This document shows, piece by piece, positions 26,550 through 37,120 of a stretch of DNA of 49,624 nucleotides. The notes under the pieces are model-generated. The model was given only the letters and a program-made list of their open reading frames with translations. It was not told the origin of the DNA and did no database searches. Position numbers and translations under genes: made by a program. The stretch's first letter is position 1; each line of letters opens with the position of its first letter. This DNA comes from Welwitschia mirabilis (lineage: Eukaryota), in assembly GCA_051453625.1 (NCBI GenBank), contig JBOZIK010000001.1:39651188-39700811 (forward strand). Direction: 5' to 3'.

Positions 26550-28710
26550 TTAGTCCAAGGATGATGAGTTAATCTTCAGTTCATTTTTATGATCAAGAAA
26601 AATATCATAAAAATGGAGTTTCACAATAGTATTTTCCAGAAGACATTTAGTTCCAATGACATTTAAACCAATGTTTTCTTTTTTAATATTATAGTTTACA
26701 TAATTGAATTGATTATTGCATAAATTTTCATGAGTGTCTATCCTATAAACATTATCTATTCGTTTTACTATAAGAACAATAGCATTCGATTTCTTATGCA
26801 CAATTTTACACTTTACTTTTTCAAAAGATATTTTGTGACCTTTGTTACATAATTGACTAATACATAACAAATTATGCTTTAACCCATTTACATATAATAT
26901 ATCATTAGGTTTAGGTAACTTACCTCCTTTGATGTATTTGATACCTTTTATTCTTGCTTTTTCATTATTTCCAAGTGTAACATTTTCTTCATTAATACTT
27001 TTCAAGTGTTTAAAACTTGATCTTTCTTCCATCATGTGCCTTGAGCATCTACTGTCTAAGTACTAGCTATTTGCATTTGATCCTTTGAGAGGTATATATG
27101 TTAAAATACTTTTAATATTATTAGCTTTTATAAACTTAGTCTTATTAGACTTATGTGGAATACTTATTTTTGGAACCAATTTAAATGGAAAAGAATTCAC
27201 TAAATCTGAAAATAGAATTAACTTTCTAATATTGCAAAATAACTTTAAGTGTCTAATTTTTCCACAAAAATTACAAGAAACTATAAAACTAAACTTACAT
27301 TACATGTTGACCTATTCTTGTAGACTTTGGAAAATGAAGCTAATACTTGATTTATCTCTAGTAGGTTTTTGAATTTCAAGTATCTATTCTAACTTAGAAG
27401 AATCACCTGAAAATTTATTGACAAAGAAGGATAGATCCTTTACCTATGAGTTGTTAGATTTGAGAAAATTGTACTTTACTTCTATTTCCTTTTTTTCTTT
27501 GATGAGGGACTTTACTACTTTGTTTAAACCATTTATCCTTTCTACTATTATTTCACATTCTTCATATAGTTTATGAAATGTATCTTCTAGCTCATCCTAT
27601 TCTTCATTAATTATGTCCAAGTCATCAAGCTATGATGTACTAGGTAAGTTCTTGAGAGAGGGCATAATTACCATGAAGGATAATCTTCTATTTATATCTA
27701 ATTCTTAATCTAAGATATTATCCTCATTATCATCCTCATAGTTCCATGTTGTAATAAAAGAAAATTTCTTTGATTTTCTATTATCTATTCTAGTGTTTGA
27801 GAACTCATTTGTCATATGTTCAAATTATTTGCAAGAGTTGCATTGGATTTCTTTACCTTTGTCTTGCTTCTTCCTGTATTTTGAATGCCCTCTTTTTATG
27901 CTTCTATTTGGTTCATCCTTTTTTCCTTCTGTGTGAAAATTTCTTAAACCTTCTTGCTAGAAGAGCAACTTCATCGTCATCTAATTCTTCATCCAAATTT
28001 TCAGACCTATACTTTTCTTGCACACACTTTAAGGTAATACTTTTCTTCTTATCTTTAGTAAATTTCAATTCATAAGTTTGTAAATTACCTTGAAGCTCTT
28101 ATAATGCCATTGCATTGATGTTCTTTCTTTTCTTGATATATTTAACCTTTGGTTTAAATCTCTTTGGTAGAGATCTTAGTACCTTTTTGAATACCTTTCC
28201 TTCATTCAACCATTATTCAAGACTTATCCTTGAGTTGGTAATATTTGTGAGTCTTAAAAAGAATTTTTGTAAAGTCTTCTTCTTGTCCATGTGGAAATCT
28301 TCAAATCTAGAAATAAGCATTTGAAACTTGTCTTGCTTTACGATAAAGGATCCTTCATGTGCTACCTCAAGAATATCCCAAGCCTCCTTAGTGTGATTAC
28401 AATTCACTATACATTTAGACTCATTTGCATAGACTACACAAAATATCACATTAATAGCATAGGAATCTATGATGGCTTTAGTTTTGTCAGTGGTAGTCCA
28501 TTAATTTCAAGATTTGGGAACTAACTTGGTATAACCATTGACATTCATTTTTGTTAACATAGACACAGAATAACCTTTATAGATAACTTCTTCTATATCT
28601 ACGTCTAGGGATTTAAGAAAAATTCTCATCCTAGCTTTCTAATAAACATAGTTTAACTTGTCAAATAGGGGTGAATGAACTATGGAAAAACTATTAGAGG
28701 GATTACTTGT
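26550..28710 (-). pseudogene. gag-pol: Element D gag-protease fused to an RNase H tail; IN and RT absent
   Basis: AKEAW-type gag motif (TKEAWDILEVAHEG), two Cys knuckles, *YLDSRCSRHM, LYVNGLKHNLLCISQL, then directly an RNase H C-terminus-like segment. Confidence 0.88.
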
Positions 28711-28762
28711 TGTAGGGTTCTAAAGTCTAGATTGGCTAAAATCTAATAATGGACTTAACCTC

Positions 28763-28774
28763 GCTCTGATACTA
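28763..28774 (-). promoter_or_regulatory. PBS (tRNA-iMet), element D
   Basis: Minus strand TAGTATCAGAGC (11/12 match). Confidence 0.9.
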
Positions 28775-28776
28775 AT

Positions 28777-30222
28777 TGATAATATTGAGAACCCTAGAGG
28801 AAGGGATGAATAGATTCTTTAAAATTAACTAAATAAACTTACAATTTAAGAAAAACTTGCTCATACAAAGAAAAACTTTAAAGTATTTAAAGTAATGAAA
28901 CTAATAGAAAGTATAAAATACTGAATAGATGCACGCAAGATTTTATAGTGGTTCAAGAAATTCTCTACTCCACTCTCAATCATTAACTTATCACGAAGCT
29001 TGATCTAGATCTTTATTACTTCTAGATATTGTAGGTTCACTTGTAGCCTTTACAAATAGATTTTTGTAGGCTAAGTCTTAACTTTCTAATAGATTTTTGC
29101 AAGTTAAGTCTCAACCTTTCAATGGAATTTTATAGCCTAAATCTCAACCTTTCACAATGTAAGATAGTGATGAAATAATATCAAGATGCATAGATACTAC
29201 TCATTCTTTAGTAAAATGATATTGATGGATATCTTCTCCTATAAAAAATGTAATAGTGTAGTATAAGATCTGACTTTGAATGTATAGGTACCAAATAATA
29301 GATTGTCCTTGGTTAGGATTACAATGCCAAAATGCTATAATAAATATCATGATATTCTTGGATCAAGAGTTAAAAAAAATCTTTTTAGTCATCTCTCTCT
29401 TGAATGTTTATATTGAAAGGTTTTTAGGATTTATTAAAATTGAAAATACACATCCAATGGCTATAAATGGCTAGAAAACAAATATCTAATAGATACATAA
29501 TGGATAGAAAATTTCATTTCCATTCCAGTCGGTCGACCCGTTAAAAGTTTGGTTGACTTCTTTTAGTGTCATGAGCTATATAGATCACCTAAGTGAACTT
29601 ATTGATCATCCTAGTTTCTTACAGTTCCATATTCAATTGACCCCTTAGGGCCTAGTCAACTTCCATCTAGTCTCCCATAATTATGTCCGATTATTTGCTA
29701 GTTCTAATAAAGGTTCATTCTAATTTCCTACATTAGGTCTAGTTGATCTCTTTAAAGGTCTAGTCGATCATTTGGTAATTGGTTTAGGACTACTATTCTT
29801 AGGTTCATAAATCTGGTCAACTTTATTATAGATTTATTCAACTCATTAACATTTTATTTAGGGTTACTGTTTTAAAGTTTACAAATTCAGTTGATCCCTT
29901 AGAAATCTAGTCAACTCCTTGAGACTCAGTTCAAGGATACTAGCTCTTGAGATCATAGGTCTAGTCAATCCCTTAAAAATCTAGTCAACCCCTCTGAATT
30001 CAATTTAATTCTAAGAGTATTCTCCAAGTGCGATCGACCCCTTAAAAGTTTGGTCAATCCCTCATGAGGGTAATTAAACTTGATAGGTTTCCATTGATCA
30101 GATTTTTACATTCATAGCTTCAGCATTTAACTTGCAAGTGGTTAATATTTTCTACATAAAATACACAATTTGCTACATAGAAAACATTAGTTTGACTTTA
30201 ATTGACAAAACATAATTTAATA
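28777..30222 (-). repeat. Element D 5' LTR
   Basis: Direct repeat of 22904-24403. Confidence 0.92.
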
Positions 30223-30790
30223 TAGTTGATCCTAATGAGTGTTGTCAATGAAGTCAGTCAACTCCTTCTTCTTCTAGTTGAAGTAAGTTCTTTATGTCTT
30301 CATGTTTGATCGATCCCATCTAGGATCTGGTCCATCACATATCTGGTCGATAACATTTTGGTCTAGTCAACTCCATATGAAGAAAAGTGAATAAAAACAT
30401 GTTTAGAGCCTAGGTCCAGTCAATTCCTCAGTAGTCCAGTCAGTCCCTTAATAATAAAAGTTAAACACATTTTTTGTTTAGGTTCGATCGATTCCTTAAA
30501 AATTTAGTCGATTCCTTAATCACAAGTTGAAAATATTTTCAGTCTAGGTCTAGTCAACCCCTCTAAAATCCAGTTTATTCCTTAATAATCTAGCTTCAAT
30601 ACTTCTTAGTATAGTTTTGGTTGATGCCTTAGGAATTTGGTTAGTTCCTTTGAGGGACTATAAATTATTAGGTTTAAGGAAGGCTATTGATAAATGTTTT
30701 CTACTTCTAACCTATAAGGACTAGTATTTTCTATAAGGAATACAATACTTTTTTCTATACCAAAAAATGGAAAATTATAACTTAACAAAA
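30223..30790 (-). repeat. Element C 5' LTR, part 2 (right end approximate)
   Basis: Continues colinearity with ~16760-17300 (e.g. AGGTTTAAG.AAGG, ACCTATAAGGA). Confidence 0.75.
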
Positions 30791-31356
30791 CATAGAGTCA
30801 CTATTAGAAGATCGTTTGAATCACTTTGCATAACATCTAGGAATGGTAGCAAGACTTTAGATCAACCTTAAGGTACTCTTATTTATTTTAGCTATGACCT
30901 GCAAAGGAAACAATATTTGTAACTTATTTATTTATTATAGTATAAGCATTGTATTTCTAAAAATAATATGTTTGTATTGTAATTTTATTTTAGTATTGTT
31001 TTACATATTGTATAACTAAAAAGTTGTATCTTAGAATGTTACTTTAGTTTTTTTGCATTCTAAAAAGTATTGTGAACTAATATATTGCTAGAAAAAGTAA
31101 TAATTTATCTTATCTTACTCCTATATCTATTGCTAGATAGGTATTAGGATATAACAATGCTTAAAAATAGGTATTATCTAGCATTATTTTTCTATTATTC
31201 TCATGTTATAAACCCCTAATCTTTTATTTTATGTGCATACTTAGATAAGATAAATTAATAAAGCACTTTGTTATTCTAGGATCTAACATTAACAGGTCTT
31301 GTAAAAGCCTTAATTTCTAAAAGAAAGTTATTTTTAGTTATATAAATGATGGGAAT

Positions 31357-32232
31357 TGATAATGATGTAAATTTTTATTATTAATGAAATGATTTCTTTT
31401 TAATAATTATACATTTTAGCTACTATTTAATATTTCTCTTTAGCATTTATAGGTACAAAATATCATTTGACATGAGGATGAAGGAGAAGATTAAATTGGT
31501 AGAAATACAATAACAAATTCAATCAAAAACCTATTTCTTAGGAGCAAAGAAAGCAAAAAGAAAATAAAAATGAAAAGAGGCTAAAAGGGATAAGGAGGAG
31601 ATCACCACGAGAAGTATTAATCTTTTAGTAAAAAGGCTCTAGAAATAGAACTAAGGCTGAAGAGGTTAATGGGAAGCTCTAGCCATCCTGCAAAGGACAC
31701 AGTAGCATCTCTGATATTTTAGTGTTATTTACGAAGGAAAACTTAAACTTATTAGTACATTCCTATGTAATATTTTTGTATTTTAATATAAACCTAAAAA
31801 GCTAATATTTTTGAATGTCATTATGAACATGATCTCTTACTTAAAAAAGTAGTAATTTCTTTTATTTACTCTTGTTTGTGTAGTTGAACACTAATTAGGA
31901 TAATTAGCAATACTTAGAAATAAGCATCATTTAGCATTTCATCTAAAATATTCATCATGTTTTTATATTTCCTTCATCCCCCCTATATATATAGAGTAGT
32001 ATGTTAATTATTAACCTAACTAGTTCAAGTAAGTTTATCATGAGCATATCTTCATGATGCATTTTAAACTAAATGGTTGAAATGTTATTGTTTCAACTAG
32101 TTCTTTAGTACACTGTTGATTTTTATTTAATGATTTAAGCTTATCTCTAGTTAATAGCATCATTTTTTTCTAAATTTTCTGGCATAGTTATTAATATTTC
32201 TTGCATTTATTTCATAACATAAACTTTCATCA
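31357..32232 (+). repeat. Probable 5' LTR of Gypsy copy 1 (start uncertain)
   Basis: TGAT...ATCA termini, followed by a PBS; no partner LTR recognised in the window. Confidence 0.45.
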
Positions 32233-32234
32233 TT

Positions 32235-32251
32235 TGTCACTAGAAGAAGGG
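32235..32251 (+). promoter_or_regulatory. PBS complementary to tRNA-Asn
   Basis: TGTCACTAGAAGAAGGG, 14/17 to TGGCGCTAGAAGGAGGG (plant tRNA-Asn 3' end, from memory), 2 nt after ATCA and upstream of gag. Confidence 0.7.
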
Positions 32252-32599
32252 CTATCTTAAAGTCAACTAATAGAGATGAAGAAGTCTATAATCCAATGAA
32301 AGAGCCAAGGAAAATGATAATATGAGAATAGTAGGTATGCTAAATACCCTGATAAATATGATTTGGATGAGTAAACTAGAAGTAAGATTAAAATAGAAAT
32401 AAAAGAGGAAGATCATATGATGATAAAACCACTCTTGAAAAGATTGTAAAGGAAGAAATCTTTTCTTAATTAATGAATGAATTAGAATAGTGATTACTTA
32501 CTCTTCTTAAATCATCTCTTACTTAGGAAGAATCTTCATATATAGTTAAGATAAATAAAACTAAAAAGAAATTTGTAGCAGGGTTCTATTGGGAAGATA

Positions 32600-35500
32600 A
32601 TGGAGATTCAAAACATTTAAACTACAAAACTAATTAGCTAGAAGATTTAAGTCCTATTAATCTTGTAGCTTTAGGACACCCAAAACAAGTAAGAAATATA
32701 AATATAATATCAATATCCACTTTTGAGGATAATACATTATAAGAACCTCTACTGTATTTAAGTTTATTTGATGTCTTTTATAAAGTAAATTATCTTGTTT
32801 TAGAATTTAATTTTTAAGGTATTTTATTTTTTCTTTGAAAGGAGATGCTCAGCTATGGTATCATGGAAATATTAATCATGCTTTTAGTTTATGAAAAATT
32901 CTCAAGAATGCTTTCTTGATTAAATTTCACCTCATGAGGATAGTTGGAGATTTAAGAGAACAAATTTTGAATATTAAACAAAAAGATAATGAAGGGTTTG
33001 ATGAATTCATTAATAGATATAAAATATTGTTAGCTAAATATCCTAACCATGGAATTGTAGTTAGAGAATAAGTTGGAACTTTACTTAGAGGATTATAGAG
33101 TTAAAGGAATTAGACTTACTATGTAGGGAAAGCATTAAGACAAAGAATTTTAAAGAGCTAGGAGGAGATATTACTCAATTTTATAACATGAGTCAAGAAT
33201 AGAGAAAAGAAGGTAAAAAGAAGAAAAAAGTAAATGAATTATTTACTCCAAAAGCAAATGGTAGTCTGTATAGTTCAAAGCATATCAGTCTTATGGAAGA
33301 AGTATCTAAAAAAGTAACTGATAATATAGTGGAAAAATTTGATCAGTTAGCTATACAACACTTTAAAAAGGAAGAAGAACATATATGCAAATATTGTGGA
33401 AAAGATAATCATAAAGGAATAAAATATCCCTGGGTGTAGGAATTTGTTCATTGGTTATATATTAATAAAGTAGATTTAAATATATAAAACCAACCTCAAC
33501 CAAATAAAAAAAAAAAATCATACCCTTGCCAAAGTAGAAAATAGAGAGGTAAGTTAGAAAAGCCTTTACAAAAGTATGTAAACTAAAAAAGACAAGAAAA
33601 ATATGACCATTATAGGAATTAAAGAAACAAATATTCAAAAGATAGAAAAGAAAAACCAAAAGCAAAGAAAAAAGAAGGAAAAATTCCTACTCAACCTCAA
33701 CTCAATCGAAGGAAAACAACAAGTAAAGCGGTAACTACTAGATTTAGAAAACAAATGATGAGAAATGAATACCAAGGTAAGAAAATAAATCTGAATAGTT
33801 ATCTAGTTAATAAAGGAATAAATGTGTGGAAGAAAGCAGTAGTAAATATATCAGTAGGCCCTCTACCTTTTCTAATAAAAATTAAACAAATAGAACATCC
33901 AATAGTTAAAAAAGAAATAGAATATTTAGAAAAGATTTCAAAAGATACAACAATATCATTACCTCTTTTAAAATTACTAAAAGATGTATCTATGTATTGA
34001 AAGAAAATGAAAAGCATGTTCTTAAAATAAAGGAATAAAAAGAAAAGTAAGAAGAAAAAACAAATTGAAATGGTTAACAAAATTCAAGTTTCTCGGGCTT
34101 CCACCCAAGCTCTTCAAAAGAAACAAAATGAAAAATATAGTGATTCAGGAACCCCTATGATTGACATAAAAATTGAAGTAAATTTCAAAGTAGAGGCACT
34201 TATGGATCTAGGAGTAAGCATTAATGTGATGGCATATGAGACTTATAAGGAATGGGGAAAGCCAAAATTGATACCTTACCAGGGAAAAGTATACCTGATA
34301 GATAGTTTACCAGTGACACCAAAAGGGGTTCTTAAGGATTTATTTATTAAACTCTAGGGATTTATCTACTTAATAGATTCTTTAGTAATAAAGACTGAGG
34401 TATATACTCATGTAGTAATTTTGGGAAGACCTTTGGATAGCTACTAAAGATGCTATAATTTATTCCAATAAAGGGGTAATGGAAATCATTCTAGAAGATC
34501 TTAAGAAAGAGATTAATGTATCTGATGCAGCACTTGTAGAGGAGACGATACATAATACAAAAGCAAGAACGAATGCAATTATAAACACAAGAAGTTAGTA
34601 GGACGTTAAATAAGCAAAATGAAGAAAATCATAAAGATGAAAATTTTACATCTCAGCAAATAGAAAATCCTCCACTTAAGAAAGAACTGAGTACAAGTAG
34701 CTCCTAAAAGACCTTTTATTATAAATAGTTCTTTAACTCATTCTTACAAAAGAAAGCTTAAAAGGATATTGGTCAAAAGAAAAAGAGCTTTTGTTTAATA
34801 CCATACTGATATTAAGGAAATAGATCCAAAAATATTTCAACATAGAATTTATTTAAATAATTCTATTAAACCAAACAAATAACTAGAAAGAAGATGTAAT
34901 TCATATATATAAGAAATAATTAAACAAAAAATTTCTAAACTATTGGATGTTAGATTCATCTATCATATATCCAATTTAGAATGGGTTAGTCCTATTACAG
35001 TGGTACTAAAGAAAAGAAACAAATGGAGAGTATGTATAGATTTTTGAATGGTAAATACAACTTATAAAGACATTTTCCTCTTCCATTTATAGATCAAGTT
35101 TTAGAAGGAGTAGTTGGACATAAGTAATATAGATTTCTTAATGGATATAATCAGATTTCTATAGTATTAGAGGATCAAAACATGATAACCTTTACTTGTA
35201 ATTGGAGTACTTATGCCTATAAAGTATTACCATTTGGATTATGTAATGCCGATGCTACCTTTCAAAAGCTAGCAAATAGTATCTTTTAGGATATGATATG
35301 AAGATCTTTTAAAGTGTTTATGAATGATTTATCAACTTTTAAAAATTATTTTAATGAGTCACTTGATAGATTGAAAAGAGTTTTAGATAGATGTAAAATG
35401 AAACACCTAAAACTTAGCTAGTCAAAAAGTCATCTTATGGTGACAGAAGGCATAGTTTTGGAACATAAAATATCTCAAAAAGGAATTGAGACTAAGGAAA

Positions 35501-37020
35501 AAAATTAAACCTAATAAATATATTTTACACCAATCAAACTAAAATAATTAAGATCTTTCTTAGGGCATATTGAATATTATAAAATATTTATATCTAACTT
35601 TAGTAAGATGGCTAAACTTCTGAGTAACCTTTTACCTAAGGATGTGGAATATAATTGGACTGATAAATGTCAAGGTATCTACCAAACAATAAAGATAAAC
35701 TTTTATTAGCACCTATTTAACAAGGACCTAATTGGATAAGACCATTCTACATAATTACTAAAGTATCTAGTCATTCCATGGGAGCTATTTTATGGCAAAA
35801 AGATGAAAATAATAAACCATACACTATTGCCTATATAAGTAAAAATTTTAAACCAACTCAGCAAAATTATATAGTAACTAAGAAAGAATTATTAGTAGTA
35901 GTGATGGCATTAGAAAAATGTAGGCATTATATTTTAAGTTACAAAGTAAAATTACATATAAACTATAGTGCTATTAGATTTTTTATGAACAAAAAAGAAG
36001 CTAATTCAAAAATTATGACATGGATACTATTAATGTAGTAATTTGACTTAAAAATTATTGATAAAAGAGGTATAAAAAATGTAACAATAGATCATCTCTC
36101 AAAATTAGAGTTTTTTAATGAAGAATAAATAAATATAAGAGATGAATTTTGAGATGAACATCTTTTTCAAGTAAAAATTAGTCTATGGTATGCTGACATA
36201 GTAAATTTCATTGTAAGTAAGAAATTACCATCTTTTATGAATTATTATGAAATAAAGAAATTGTTAAGAGAATCTAGAGACTACATATGGCATGATAAGA
36301 TGTTATTTAGAAGATGTAAAGATCATGTTATTAGAAGATGTGTAGAAGAAAATTTGCAAAAAGAAATTCTGAGGGAAATTCATGAGAAAGCAGTAAAAGG
36401 ACATTATGATGTAAGAAGAATGAGGATAAAAATTCTCCATATAGGATACTAATGGACCACAATATTCAAAGATTCAAATGTCTATGCCCATAGTTGTGAT
36501 AAGTGTCAAAGAGAGAGGGAATTTAATTAGAAGTTATGAAGGTCATAACAATGGATTTAGTTAATTGAACCCTTTGATGTTTAGGAAATAGATTTCATTG
36601 TACCTATCAAACTTTCCTCCTATTTTTTTAATTGAATTTAGAATAAAGATCTTTAAATTGGCTAAAGAACTAAAGTGTAATTTGGATATAGCTTAAGAAA
36701 AATGGATAGAAAACATGAATATTTTGGATGAAAACAAAAAAAAAATGCTCTTTTGCATAAAGAACTTATATAACAAAAACTAAAATATATCATGATAATA
36801 AAATTAGAAAAACCAATTTTAATATAAGAGATTATGCATTAATTTATGACTCTAAAAATATCCATTCAAAATAGAAATATAAACAAAATTAGCTAGAGAC
36901 ATAAACCAAAATAAAAATTATAGGAAAAAGAGTCATAGAGGTATATGATCTTAATGAACTAATCATCTACTAAGTTAATGGATAGAGACTAAAAATGCAT
37001 TATGATCATAGATCTTTGCT
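32600..37020 (+). pseudogene. gag-pol: Gypsy (non-chromovirus, Athila-like) gag-pol copy 1, integrase core deleted; start approximate
   Basis: LKGDAQLWY gag; CKYCGKDNH; ALMDLGVSINVM protease; WVSPITVV..WRVCIDF and FPLPFIDQVLE RT; NYIVTKKELL RNase H; IRRCV..H..GHY..C..C integrase zinc finger. Confidence 0.92.
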
Positions 37021-37120
37021 NNNNNNNNNNNNNNNNNNNNNNNNNNNNNNNNNNNNNNNNNNNNNNNNNNNNNNNNNNNNNNNNNNNNNNNNNNNNNNNN
37101 NNNNNNNNNNNNNNNNNNNN

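Larger units (their letters stand above)
22904..30222 (-). mobile_element. Element D: structurally complete, internally deleted Sirevirus-type retrotransposon nested in C's LTR
   Basis: Two LTRs (22904-24403, 28777-30222), PBS, PPT, TSD TAGCT (22899-22903) / TAGTT (30223-30227); host LTR resumes afterwards. Confidence 0.92.
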
